Source: Octopus sinensis (taxonomy: Eukaryota). From it: a stretch of DNA of 64,000 nucleotides. Position 1 is the first letter of the stretch. Each line of letters begins with the position of its first letter. The notes below the pieces were generated by a model, which was given only the letters and a program-made list of their open reading frames with translations, was not told the origin of the DNA and searched no databases. Shown one piece after another: positions 26,779 through 40,897 of this stretch. The stretch lies in the NCBI RefSeq assembly GCF_006345805.1, contig NC_043016.1, forward strand, positions 30,690,001-30,754,000, read 5' to 3'. The position numbers were made by a program, and so were the translations under genes.

Positions 26779-27000
26779 GTACCGGTCGCTCTCTGATATC
26801 TGATAGGTTTTATGGTCGAGCCGGTGGCATTTGGAGGCCTCCGGCGTTCTCGACCCCCGGACCATATCCATGCTCGCCCCTATCGGTGCAGAGATGGCTA
26901 TCCGCAGGTGCAAGCCCCATGAGTCAGAGTGACTGTTCCTGCGCATCTCTTTCGCCATCCTCCGGCAACACCTTTTCCATTTCGCCAGCTGAGACCATGC
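26779..27000 (+). mobile_element. GC-rich 3' fragment of a CRE-like (restriction-like endonuclease) non-LTR element
   Basis: The frameshifted translation EPVAF/EASGVLDPRTISML..IG..ESE*LFLRISFAILR resembles the PVAFETxG..LFQRISxAIxRGN end of CRE-clade ORFs. Confidence 0.55.
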
Positions 27001-27062
27001 ATCGGTCTGAGTTACAGCAAATTGTACGATTCATTTCTTAATGTAAAACTTCTAATAATATT

Positions 27063-27549
<487 letters not shown>

Positions 27550-27579
27550 TTCTAATAATATTTAACCCAACTTAAGTAT

Positions 27580-27632
<53 letters not shown>

Positions 27633-27891
27633 AATCTGTTTTCTATATTATACCAGTTTCCTACCCAATAATGTTTTCTCTGTCATGCCAATTTTCTGCA
27701 TAATACCACTTTTCTTTGTACTTGTTCTGTATTAATACCAGTTTTTTTCTTTGTCTATTACAAATTTTTAAAGTAAATTGAAGTGACTAAGTACTATAAA
27801 TCATTTTGCGATACTAATACTAATATTAATGATGATCCTTCGATCCCAGAAAGACAGTTCTGCAATTTCTTGCTGAACAACAACCTGTACA

Positions 27892-28826
27892 CAGTGCTGG
27901 GTTAACCAATAAGCAAAATAAGCACGTGCTTAGGGCATCAAGGGAAGGAGGGAGCACAACAGAAATAGTAAATGGTTCACGGCATAAATAAAATTACTTT
28001 AAACCTGCTAAAATAATATTCGGGATGCCTTTATCTCTACCAAGTATCGAAGCATATGTGTTACATGAGATTAATTTTGAGGATCTGATCAAAGACTTTG
28101 CAATTCAAAAAAGTAGGAGGAAACTTTTCAAATATAAATAAAGTGGAAGTAGACAAAAAAATAAACATTATTTTCCATCTTACTGTTTTGTTTTGAAAAC
28201 TAAAAATTTATTTTATGGTTTGTCGTTTATATTTTGAACTAGCAGTATCGCCCGGCGTTGCTCGGGTTTGTAAGGGAAATAACTATATAAGCATTTTTAG
28301 AGAGTTACTTCCTTTATAGATGCCAATTCGGGCTTTCTTAGCCATTTCTGTTTTGGTGTCTTCAAGCCATGAAGTCGTTGTTCTAAAAGAACGCTGGTCT
28401 CCTTGACAACGCTTTACGACGTTGATTTCCTTACACTCCCTTCCCCACAGCTTCACGAGGGAGGGAAGAAGGGGGTAGAAGCAACACAGGTGCAGGTGTG
28501 AGCATAGACGCCAACTCCGCCGCCATCGACACACGAAAAATTATGCATTAAAATGGAATAAAAAATGATGTTAAATTATTTTTAAAATCGTAGACTCATC
28601 GTAGACGCGCGCTAATAGCCAGACGGGCTTGATATTAATCACGACTATAAGATACCCGAATTTGGTTAAACTGCACCGCAAAATGTGGGAGTAGTTAGGA
28701 ATCTAAATCGTAGGAGACAGACACTCACACAACTACAGTTTTATATATATAGATTACATAATCTTTTATGGGGGGTACCAAAATCTTTTAAGTGCTTAGA
28801 GCCTCGGTGGATCTTAATCCGCCCTG
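27892..28826 (+). mobile_element. Non-autonomous hAT element (opposite-orientation relative at 47844-48347)
   Basis: Ends CAGTGCTGGGTTAA / TTAATCCGCCCTG; 8-bp TSD CCTGTACA / CCTGCACA; transposase C-terminal remnant EINFEDLIKDFAIQKSRRKLF. Confidence 0.8.
28239..28753 (-). mobile_element. Non-autonomous Helitron nested in the hAT element
   Basis: The minus strand starts TC and ends CTAG, with subterminal hairpin CCCGAGCAACGCCGGG; it is inserted between A and T with no TSD. Confidence 0.85.
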
Positions 28827-29123
28827 CCTGCACAGATAATTTGTTGTAGTGATCAAATGTTTATGCTACACACTGGCTCTCTCTGTCTCTGTCTGTCTCT
28901 CTCTATCTCTCTCCATCAAATCGACGTTGCCTGAACAGGTGCACTGTGTGCCATACGACAATTGTCAAAGAGATAGCAGCACCCTCGCTTCTGACGATTA
29001 TAGAGTAATAAGAAAACATTTCAACAAAAATACAGCCAGAAGGTCTCTTATAGGCCCAAAACTGTAATTCTTTCTGACATGTATGCTTCAAGCATCGTAG
29101 ATTGTGTGTCTGCAATATTAAAA

Positions 29124-29372
29124 TCTTTATATATAAAAGTGAGGTTGTGTGCTGTCTGTCTCCTACGATTTAGATTCCTAACTACTCCCACATTTTTTGC
29201 GGTGCAGTTTAACCAAAACCGGGTATCTTATAGTCGTGATTCATATCGAGCCCTTCTGGGTATTAGCGCGCGTCTACGATGAGTCTACGATTTAAAAAAA
29301 AATTTACCATAAATTTTTCCCATTTTTAATGCATTTTTGGCATATATAAGGGAAGTAACTCTCTAAAAATTT
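29124..29372 (+). mobile_element. 5' part of the same Helitron family, opposite orientation
   Basis: Starts A|TC and is a reverse-complement match to about 28545-28753, plus the GGAAGTAACTCTCTAAAAAT segment. Confidence 0.8.
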
Positions 29373-29910
29373 ATTATTAAATCTCACTGTTAGTAATAAA
29401 TAAATAGTTTATTGAGGAAGATGTATTTTAGTTCTCCCTTCTTTTTTGTAGTATTTTAGTTTTCACTTTCTTCGACATTTTTTTTTTCAGATCAATATAT
29501 TTGAAAATTATGTGTATCACAAATCAAAAGTGAATTTTGGGGAAAGACACAACTAAAAGATTACAAAACAGAGGGGTGGGAAATAAAAAGATTTTGCCCT
29601 AACCTTACCATATTTGTTTTCAAGAAACGCAGAGTACGATGCTTAAAACATACCCTTCCGAATAAAAATGCGGATTTGGCTTACTAGATGATTTCTGACT
29701 TTATAGGTATACCAACAGTAATGGTTTCAAATTTTGGCACAAGGCCAACAAGTTCTGGGGAGGGATTAAGACGATTACATCGACCCCGACTGGCATTTAT
29801 TCTATCGACCCCAAAAGGATGAAAGTCGACCGCGGTGGAACGTAAAGACGGACGCAATACCCCTAAGCACTTTGCTAAAGATTCTGACAGCTTGCCGTCT
29901 CAAGAATACC

Positions 29911-29950
<40 letters not shown>

Positions 29951-30387
29951 TAATAATAATAATAATAATAATGAAGATGATGATGATGATGATGATGATA
30001 TATGCCCTGATGCAGTACCAGACAGTGGCTCTCATGGCTTCTGATTTTAACTGATTGGAAGTGTTATCATGTACATTGTTTTGTCTTGGTATAAAGAGTG
30101 GGCTACAGCAAATATTCTGCTCAATAACCACAGATTTGCTTGTCAGTTGTTTTGACCACATAACCAGTTGAACATGTCCCTTAGTGGCTGATGATATGTG
30201 CATCTCTGATCACGAGCAGAAGTAGTCGGGGAGCATCATAGCCATGTGTTGAAAGGAATTCTTGGAGGTTTGGATAATACCCCTAAGCACTTTGCTAAAG
30301 ATTCTGACAGCTTGCCGTCTTAAGAATACCAATAATAATAATAATAATAATAATAATCATAATAATAATAATAATAATAATAATATA

Positions 30388-30940
30388 TGCCCTGATGCAG
30401 TACCAGACAGTGGCTCTCATGGCTTCTGATCTTAACTGATTGGAAGTGTTATCATGTACATTGTTTTGTCTTGGTATAAAAGATGGGCTACAGCAAATAT
30501 TCTGCTCAATACCACATATTTGCTTGTCAGTTGTTTGACCTTAACCAGTTGAGCATGTCCCTTAATGGCTGACGATATTTGCATCTCTGATCACGAGCAG
30601 AAGTAGTGGGGAAGCATCATAGCCGTCTGTTGAGAGGGATTCTTAGAGGTTTGGATAATTCACCTTTGGAAACATAGGTAGTTCGTTCAACATCCTTAAA
30701 CAACCTATTCAGGTACCTTTTGAACGGGATGGCTTACTCGACCAGAAGAAAATTCTAACTGGGCCCCACCTGCAAGGTCATGCATTGTTTATCTTGATAT
30801 GAGATCACCATGTCTCGCACATATGATTGTGATGCATGTGCCTGGTGTATCCTTATCAGACGGGTAGTCAATATGGGTATACTGGGCTTCGTATATTTTA
30901 CCCCAGTGTCACTTTGATGGCAATCACTGCTCTCTCAGTC
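30388..30940 (+). mobile_element. Family C element, full length
   Basis: Match to 18759-19313. Confidence 0.85.
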
Positions 30941-30995
30941 AACAACAACAACAACAACAGCAACAACAATAATAATAATCATAATAATAATAATT

Positions 30996-32293
30996 CCGCA
31001 AGCTACTGACTTGTAATAAGATGCACCATCCAAAGGCAGACGTGGATCGTCTTTATATTCCCAGAGCTCAGGGAGGTCGAAGCTTGATCCAACTTGAACT
31101 TACGTACAAAACTACCACAATCAGACTGACCAAATATCTTGAAACAACCAACGATTGGATGCTAAAACTCGTAGAAAAACACGAAAGACCGAAAAAACTT
31201 CACTCTATTCTGAAAGAGAGCAAAAAATTTGCTACTGATTTCTTAGATGCCTATCAGATTGATAAGGTTGAAGGAAATGAGCCAACTGCTGCTGCAAAGA
31301 AAATAAAATTAATTGCAAAGACAAGAGCACATGAAAAATTAGCTAGCAGATGGGAACAGAAACCTCTGCATGGCAAGTATGTGGCCTGTAACAAACAAGC
31401 TAACGTCGACTAGAAACACACGCATCAATGGTTACGAAGCTCAGGGCTAAAAGCAGAGAGAGAAGGCTTCATATTAGCTACTCAAGACCAAAGCTTATTA
31501 ACCCGGAACTACCAAGCCAATGTGATAAAATTGCCGATTCTGACCCAAATTGCCGATTCTGTAACGATGAGATTGAAACTATAGGCCACCTAATCTCAGG
31601 GTGTAGAGTCTTAGCACTTGTAGAATATAAAGCAAGACATGACAGAGTCGGCCAATATTTACACTGGACAATATGTCAGCATTACAAAATCAAAACCGCT
31701 GACAAATAGTATAAACACCATCCCGAATCTGTAACTGAGGGAGAAAATGTGTCGATTCTCTGGGACTTCCCCGTACATATCGGCAAAACTATAAAAGCTA
31801 ATAAACCGGATATTATTATGAAAGATCAGACAAAAAAGGTGTGTTTATTAACTGACATGAGTATTCCTTGCGATCACAATATAGCGGCGAAAGAATTTGA
31901 CAAGATCAGTAAATATAAAGACTTGCTAAAAGAAATTGAAAAAATGTGGCATATCAAGGCGTCTACAGTACCAGTGATTGTAGGATCTCTAAGAATGATA
32001 AAAAAAACAAAAAAGTACTGAAACCTATTTGAAACTGATACCAGGCTTACCATCCCTACAGGAAGTGCAAAAAATCGTGTTAACTGGAACGATTCATGTA
32101 CTGAGAAGAGCATTTTCGCTGTGAAAACAACATCCATTCATGAATTTATTTATCTATTAATTTTTTTTCCATACATATTTTACCTGTGAATTTGCGTGTG
32201 TAATCTGGGAATGCATACGATGAGCTTTTCTGCCCTAAGTGTTTGGAAAACACTCGGCGAGAAATGGAAGAAAATTTGAAGAAAGAAGGAAAA
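30996..32293 (+). mobile_element. 5'-truncated R4/Dong-clade non-LTR retrotransposon (pseudogenised ORF end and 3' UTR)
   Basis: Motifs HHPKADVDRLYIPRAQGGR, KPLHGKY, CRFC..ETIGHLISGC (CCHC), RHD, ILWDF, KPDII..DMSIP..KISKYKDL and VPVIVG give a restriction-like endonuclease. Flanked by (AAT)n on both sides. Confidence 0.85.
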
Positions 32294-32310
32294 TAATAAT
32301 AATAATAATA

Positions 32311-32384
<74 letters not shown>

Positions 32385-32394
32385 AATATAATAC

Positions 32395-32898
32395 AGGTCT
32401 AACAACTGATAAGCAAATCTGTGGTATTAAGCAAAATGATGAGCTATAGCAAATATTTTGCTTAATACCACATATTTGCTTGTCAGTTGTTTGACCTTAA
32501 TCAGTTGAGCATTTCCCTTAGTGGCTGATGATATGTGCATCTCTGATCATGAGCAGAAGTAGTGGGGGAGCATCATAGCCGTGTGTTGAGAGGGATTCTT
32601 TGGGGTTTTAATAATTCACCTCTGGAAACATGGGTGTTTCGTTCAACATCCTTAAACAACCCTTATTCAGGGACCTTTTGGGCGGGATGGCTTGCTCGAC
32701 AAGAAGAAAATTCTAACTGGGCCCCACCTGCAAGGTCATGTGCTGTTTATCTTGATACGAGATCACCATGTCGCGCACATATGGCTGTGATGCAAGTGCC
32801 TGGTGTACCCTTTTCAGACGGGTAGTCATGATGGGTATACTGGGCTTCGTATATTTTACCCCAGTGTCACTTTGATGGCATGCAGTGCTCTCTCACTC
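32395..32898 (+). mobile_element. Truncated family C element with a fold-back at its truncated end
   Basis: 32395-32437 is a near reverse complement of 32455-32497. Confidence 0.8.
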
Positions 32899-32966
<68 letters not shown>

Positions 32967-32989
32967 GATGTGAGAACTGATGCTGCTCA

Positions 32990-33148
32990 TGTATTTTAAT
33001 TTAACTTTAAAAAAATTTTTTTTTTAAATGAACGAACTATTGAGTTTGGTTAATGGCCTACCAATGTATACTATGAGTTTCTTTGCCCTAGGAGTCGGGA
33101 AGACACTCGGCAAGAAATGGAAGCAAATTTGAAAGAAGAAAAAAAAAG
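32990..33148 (+). mobile_element. Dong-like 3' UTR fragment
   Basis: GCCCTAGGAGTCGGGAAGACACTCGGCAAGAAATGGAAGCAAATTTGAA matches 32230-32290; followed by (AAT)n. Confidence 0.7.
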
Positions 33149-33884
33149 TAATAATAATAATAATAATAATAATAATCCTTTCTACTGTTGACACAAGGCG
33201 TGAAATTTTTGGGTGAGGATGTTAGTCGATTACATAAACTTCAATTCTCAACTGGTACTTAATTTACCGTCCCTCGAAAGGGATGAATGGCAAGATCGAC
33301 CTCAGTGAAAAGTGAACTCAAACTAAGAGCTCGCTACGCATTTGTCCGGCATGCTAACAATTATGCCTGCTCACTAATAATATTTTGTGCACAGTGAAGA
33401 AAACATATTATCAGTAGCCAAAACTGTTCAGAAGCCATTGAAAATAAGAGAATTTAACGATGGGACAAATAGCTGGAAAGAGATAAAAATGGCCGGGTGT
33501 ATTGGAACTAAAGAGCGCTAGTTCTTCTTCAGTAAATGGATATCTGAATGTGAACCTGAGTCATTGAACCACTCGGTTGATAACGACAGAGATTAATAAA
33601 ACTCAGAGAGCAAAAACAGAGTCTGTAGAAAAGGGAACGAAAGTATTAACTATCTTTTCAGTGAATGCAGTAAGCTAGTGCAAAACAAGTATAAATGCAG
33701 TAATGCCTGTATGAGTAAAAGTGTTGTATTAGGATGTTTAACCAAGTTTGTGGATTTGAAGTGACGTGTAAGTGATACGAATATGAGCCTCTGGTGGTAA
33801 ATGATAATTATAGGTATTGTTATAGTTAGGATGGTAATTTTCCCCCCAAAATAACCATACGCACTATATGTTATTATTATTCTT

Positions 33885-33929
<45 letters not shown>

Positions 33930-33940
33930 ATATATATTAT

Positions 33941-33977
<37 letters not shown>

Positions 33978-34634
33978 ATATATATATATATATACCGTCC
34001 CGAAATATAATAATATCTGTCTCAACATTCGATTTTCTAAATCCGGATTTTGCGTAATTGCGCATTATCAGTAGCAAGCATCCAATAGTAACCGCACGGT
34101 TAGACAAATTTGGCCTCTACTGATATAGAAAAACTGTGATTAACAAATTACTAGTTCAGCAGGATTACTAAAAGTTTCTTATTAGTGACAGAAGCAGTGT
34201 TATTTCAAAATAACTTTCTGTATATCTTACTCAACGTGGATATGCTGTAGAAAACTACAGAACTATTGTATTCGTCTTGAGAAAGCATCACATATAGATG
34301 TAGAGTGTTAAAAATGCGCAGAAGAATATCAGTAGAAGACAAAAGCGTCCCGCAGTGCTGGAATTGCTGAGCCTGGATTTCTGCATATTTTCATGTCATC
34401 AGTAGCGAACACCCACAAGCAACTTGAGACACACATCATCGACATGCACGTAAGGTGCCATCCGGTATTCTGGAATCCCAAGAAAGATTTTTGAGATTTG
34501 CGGAGATTTGTCGCTAAACTTGTCGCTGCTAGTTTAAATTAACAAGTAGCTAGCTGTTGACCGCTATCACCACCACTACCGCTACTAACAACAACTTCAC
34601 CACCATCACCACCATCATCACCACCACCACCACC

Positions 34635-34688
<54 letters not shown>

Positions 34689-35114
34689 AATAATAATAAT
34701 TATTATTATTATAGAAATTTTAAGGGAGGTGGTTAGTCGAGGACATTGCCCCCCCCCCCAATGCTTGACTGATACCTTATTTTATCGATCCCGAAAGAAT
34801 GTAAATCGAAGGTGACCCCCAGCGGGATTTGCTCCCTGAACACATAGAGCTCGAACAAGTACCGCAAGACATTTTGTCAAGATGCTTCTCGGGTCCTCAG
34901 CTACTGGTTCGGAGGAAGGAGGCACAAATCGTAATGTGTGAACTTCCACCTGGATGTCAAGAGGCAAAGGAGTATCTTCGACTTTAGAATGTAACTCGAG
35001 GGAAGTTTGGCTGTTATTTCTAAAAGGACTATTGCCCCCACCCCCCACCCCGGACACACACACAACTTCACGTAAACCATACACTACCGCCTTACAAAAA
35101 TAAATAAATAAATA

Positions 35115-35496
35115 GGCGCAGAGTGCTGTGTGTGGTAAGTAGCTTGCTAAACAGCCTCATGGTTCCGGGTTCAGTCCCGCTGCGTGGCATCTTGGGCAAG
35201 TGTCTTCTGCTATAGCCAGGGCCGACCAATGCTTGTGAGTGGATTTGGTAGACGGAAACTGAAAGAAGCCTGTCGTATATATAAATATATATATGTATGT
35301 GTGTGTTTGTATGTCTGTCTGTCTCTGTTTGTCCCCGTCACTTAGCGGTTCGGCAAAAAGAGACCGATAGAATAAGTACTGGGCTTACAAAGAATAAGTC
35401 CCGGGGTCGATTTGCTCGACTAAAAGGTGGTGCTCCAGCATGGCCACAGTCAAAATGACTGAAACAAGTAAAAGAGTAAAAAGAGTAAAAGAGTAA
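35115..35496 (+). mobile_element. SINE family A with an internal deletion
   Basis: Near-consensus but missing about 40 bp after TTTGTCCCC. Confidence 0.88.
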
Positions 35497-36127
35497 ATAA
35501 ATAAATAAATAAATAAATAGGAAAAGAAAAAAAAATATGTGCAATGGATAAAACAGTCTTGAAAAAAATATCAGTCCCAGCTGGGGCACCTTTGACATAG
35601 ATCTGACCTTGGGACAAATAAGAACAACCACGTAAATAATTACAGAAAATGTCCTAAAATAAACTGTTTAGTTGTTGTTCAGCCTCAGGTCAGTCCTGAT
35701 AGAGTACTTCAGTCGAAAGCAACTCGTAGCCCTTTCTTTAAGCATTAAGGTGCGACGCGAAGGAATTTTTGCCGCTGTTTTCTTGCAGTTCTAACTATCG
35801 CGTGGAAGCCTCCCCTTGTTGGACCGTGGACTGTTTAGTAATTCAAATACGATAATGTTTAATTGGAAGGGTGGCCATGCAGTACTGGAAATAAATGACA
35901 GTTGTTGTTGTTGCTGATGCTAATGCTGATGTTGATGTTGATGTTGATGTTGCCTTGGTGGACTAGAAGTTGCTGAACACGAGACTTCCAGTCCTAAACA
36001 TTGGATAATAGGGGTCGATTAATTATAGGAAGAAAAGTCCACCGAAACTCCCTATACCCTGACTCCAACGTTTGTTTTGTCCCCTCTTTTTCTCAACCTT
36101 ATGGTGAATAAAGAAATACTCTTTCTT

Positions 36128-36166
<39 letters not shown>

Positions 36167-37256
36167 CTTTCACACATACACACACACGTACGATCACACA
36201 CGGTCACACACGCACACATACACATACACATACACACTCATCATACACGCGTATCACACACATCGATAACATGTCATTCAATTTGATCCCGAATAATGTT
36301 TATTTACACTCGGGTCAAATCCGATCGAGTAGACTTGATAAAAAGATTTTTTTTTTTTTTAAAAAAAGGCATTCCAAGAGTGGCCATCTCAGCTATTTAG
36401 GAGCAACTACTAGTACATTAATCCGCTTGTGTCCTTTCCTTCCTCTTTTTGAACGGTAGGATGTGATTTGAGGTAGATCTGGATACCGTTTGTAATAGAT
36501 CGCCCAATCACTGGGGGAAGCTCTCGTTGTCCAGAACTATGGAGCACGAAGCTTCGTAGCGATTGTAGTATTTATTTATTTATTTATTTATTTATTCATT
36601 CATTCATTCATTTATATAACGGAGGCGGCGGGGGGGGGGGGGTTAAACAGGTGCTCTTTCCAAGATAAAGGGAGGAGATTTCCAATAAGAGGAAGGTGGT
36701 AACGATTTCTATTAGTGCGGTAGTAATACTTTTTAGGTAGTAAGAGTTTATTGTTGCCACTGTTATTATTGTCGATGGTAGCTGGTTGTGCTTGCTGGCG
36801 GTTGCGGCAGCATCGGTTTGAACAAATGCAGCCGCAACAGCTCACCTAGGCAGATCCATGTATATAATAAATGCATGAAATGTGAGCCTAAAAATAGGTG
36901 AAGTGAGACCAATATCGTAGGAAGTATAAAATCTATTCGATGAATACATAGAATGTTAAAGGTTTGAAATGAGTAAATAATTTATAAAATATATTGTTTT
37001 CTGTTCGTGTATCTGTCGACAATTGCATTCATTTGTAGGAAACATGCAGACAGACTGACAGACAGACACGTATGCATGTATGTATGCATGTATGTATGTA
37101 CGTATGTATGTATGTATGTATGTATGTATGTATGTATAAATGCATGCATGTATGTATGTATGTATGTATGTATGTATGCATGTATGTATGTATGTATGAA
37201 TGAATGTATGTATGTATGTATAAATGCATGTATGTATGTATGTATGTATGTGTGCA

Positions 37257-37356
37257 NNNNNNNNNNNNNNNNNNNNNNNNNNNNNNNNNNNNNNNNNNNN
37301 NNNNNNNNNNNNNNNNNNNNNNNNNNNNNNNNNNNNNNNNNNNNNNNNNNNNNNNN
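37257..37356. other. Assembly gap (100 N) between (TATG)n and (GATA)n
   Basis: Run of N. Confidence 1.
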
Positions 37357-37405
<49 letters not shown>

Positions 37406-38567
37406 AGTAGTAAGAATGGCGGTGCCCCAGCATGGCCACGCTAGTGAGCTGAAACTAGATAAAATAAAATAAAATAAAAGAAAGAAAGATGGATGGATGG
37501 ATGTTTAGGCTGGTGTGCAGGTAGAGAAAGAGAGAGAGTGTGTGTGTATCGAACGATGGTGAATGTATTGTGTGCACGCTCGTGAAACAATGTCACATGG
37601 CATGAGATTGTTCGCTTATCATTCCGAAAGCACCACACCTCGAGACGATGGCTAACATTATACCTCCCACTCTCCACAGTAATTAATTTGAGCAAAAGCC
37701 ATTATTTAATCTTTCTTAAGGGATATTCGCTCGGTCAAACTCTTTTTTTTATTTTCACTCCTTTTTTTGGGGGGAGGGGGGGAATTTAATTTTCTGTATG
37801 AAAGCTTTTCTTCATTCTTCTGGGTTTTTTTTCTTTTTATCTTCCTGTGCATTCACGTTGTCAGGTGGTTTTGTTTAGAGGATAAAAATTAAGAATACAT
37901 TTAAAAAAAAAATTATTTCATTCATTTATCAATGTGTTATCACTCTTTTTATTCTTCCTTTATATTTCTCTGTCTTTTCCTGTTGCTATTTCTTAACGTT
38001 CCCTCAACTGGATATTAATTTGTGTGTGTGTGTGTACTTATTTAATTAGCACTACCTTTCGAGAAATTACTTTTGTAAAGAGAACGACCTGTTTGCTTTC
38101 TACGTGTAATTAATTAATGTATTCAGATTGTCAGAATCTTTTATTCCATTCTGTTGTTGCTTGTAAATACATGTACACTACATCTCTATGTGTAACTACC
38201 TGTAACCCACACATAGATCATATGTACTTAGCACCAATTTTTTTAAATACTTAACGAGCAGTTAGCAACGGGATACACATTTCACATCCAGTTTGCGCTT
38301 GCTGCTAGCTTCGCTCGGCCTGGATCTTTATTTCAAATCCCGCTCCGGTCAACTTTGGTTGTTGTTGTGTTTTTTTTTTCTGTTTTATTCATTCATCTGA
38401 GATCGATAAAATAAATACTGACGACGACTTATATTCCTTTAACTCATCTTAATATTATTATAATACAAAGAATTCTGTTTCATCTTCGTTCTTCCTTCTT
38501 TATCGTCATTATCATCATCACTATAATAATAATAATAATAATAATTATTATTATTATTATTATTATA

Positions 38568-38782
38568 ATCCTTTCTACTACAGGCACAAGGCCTGGAATT
38601 TGAGTGGAGGGTGATAGTCGATCACCTCGACCCTAGTACTTGACTGGTGCTTAATTTATCGACTCCGAAAGGATGAAAGGCAAAGTCGACCTCGGTGGAG
38701 TTTGAACTCGGAACGTAGCAACGGACGAAATACCGCTAAGCATTTTGTCCAGCGTGCTAACGATTCTGCCAGCTCGCCGCCT
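38568..38782 (-). mobile_element. SINE family B
   Basis: Head and core match; (AAT/ATT)n tail. Confidence 0.85.
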
Positions 38783-39347
38783 TCGTCATAATGATGATGA
38801 TGATGATAACCATCTCCATCTTCTGATTCTTATCTCTCTCCTCACACATAATACCATATAATGACAAGGTTTCCATGAATGCAGCACTTGTATAATGTAA
38901 AAGGAGGCCCGGGGCGGGTTTGATCCCACTGCATGACATCAGGCAAATGTCTACTATAACCTTGGTTGTCAGAATTGGATTTCGTAGATAAAAAAAATGT
39001 CCAAATAACCTGCCATATTTGATGTATGTGGTTTCTACTTGGCAAGTGTCTTCTACTATAACCCTGAGCTAACCACACCCTAGTGAGTGGTGGATTTAAT
39101 AGATGCAAACTAGAAGCCCCTCCTTTTGTATGTGCATCTGTGTGAAGGCATTGTATGTGCTTGCCCTCATGTAATATTCTTAAGCAAGGATCACATTGTC
39201 ATCGTCATCATCATGGCAGAGATGTTACTTGTTTCCAGTATTCTGTGAAAAACATGTCTGGTGATAGGGAAATATTTCCTTGCTTGGAAGCAGATAAGGG
39301 TTGGCAACATGAAGGGCATCCAGCCATGGAAAAGTAGATGTTAAATG

Positions 39348-39708
39348 ATTGGCTGTGTGCTAAGAAGCTTGCTTCCCAACCAGATGGCTCTGAGTTCAGT
39401 CCCACTGCGTGGCACCTTGGGCAAGTGTCTTCAATTATAGCCTCAGGCCAACCAAAACCATCTAGGTGGATTTGGTAGTCAGAAACTGAAAGAAACCCAT
39501 CATATGAGTATTTGTGTGTCTGTTTGTCCCCCACCATCGCTTGACAACCAATGGTGGTGTGTTTACATCCCTCTAACTTAGCAGTTCGGCAAAAGAGACC
39601 AATAGAATAAGTACAAAGAATAAGTCCTGGGGTCGATTTGTTCTATTAAAGGCAGTGCTCCAGCATGGCCGCAGTCAAATGACTGAAACAAGTAAAAGAG
39701 TAAAAGAA
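39348..39708 (+). mobile_element. SINE family A
   Basis: Full-length diverged copy. Confidence 0.85.
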
Positions 39709-40027
39709 TATATATGCACAAACACACACACATATATATACATACACACACACACATATATACATACACGCACATACAGTCACACACACACATATACTAA
39801 TTGATAGAAATGGTAAGACAAAAGAATGAAAGAGACCTTGATATTGCTTAAATAGAGAAATTTATCTGTAAATATAATATGTAACAATTAGTCGGTAGCC
39901 ATGATAAAACTCCGAGTTTTGGATGTGAAGGTAAGATCCATGGATCAAGGTGTAGGAAGTTGGTAAGCTTCAAGCAGTCCATAGAATGTATAAAAGCCAC
40001 TTTCAGGAACAATAGTGGTTTAGTGGC

Positions 40028-40058
<31 letters not shown>

Positions 40059-40897
40059 GGAGTTATTGTATATACACATACATATATGTGTGTGTCCATC
40101 CATCTGCATATATATATATATGCAGATGGATGCATACACACACACACACACATATGTATGTGTATATACAATAACTCCACAAAAACAGCAGTACCCTGAC
40201 AATCAAAGCCTGTACCCTCTTCCAGTTGACTTGCTCCTTCTACAGGAACATGCTTAGTGTAGACCTATCATTCATACTATACTCACCACACTCATCCTTA
40301 CTTTCATCTAATGACGGCCAATGTTTGACATAAGTCTAAACATCAGTAATATTTATACACTGGACAAGTGTATGGCTGAATAGTTTTGTTTCTCTTTGCC
40401 TGCATCTTTCACATGTCTGACTGACAGCTCTTCTGTGCTTTTTTAGAGTTTGTCTTAAATTAGCAATGTAGGCCAGTTGCACTGCTAAGCCAGGGACTCT
40501 TGGAAATTATCCTCTAACCTGCAAGTCACTCAGAATAGCCAAAACAGCTGACTTTCAATGATGACCAGTTTCCCTGAGATCATCATCACTTTTGACCATC
40601 ACCACCACCACCACCAATTCACATTATGACAACTTAGAACTTCTATCTGTCACATGGCCTGACTTGTAGAAGGCTGTGAGCACTTAATGACATTTCAGCA
40701 TTACTTTCATGATTACATGCTGCTCTCTCACTCAATAAAAATGGTTTCAAATTTTGGCCCAGGGCCAGAAGATTTTGAGAGGGAGGGGCAGGCCAGTTAT
40801 ATCAATCCCAAGAGATGAAAAGCGAAGTCAAACTCAGCAATATTTGAACTCAAAACATAAAGCTGGAAGAAATGCTGCAAAATATTTTGTCCAGTAT

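Noticed and set aside
34393-34455. Phase-0 mini-exon MSSVANTHKQLETHIIDMH|GTAAGG
   Set aside because: No similarity to FCHSD N-termini, and it sits among locally repeated ATCAGTAG motifs; unsupported without transcripts.
36826-36849. MQPQQLT as the MQPPPRK exon
   Set aside because: It ends in TAG and has no GT donor at the expected position.
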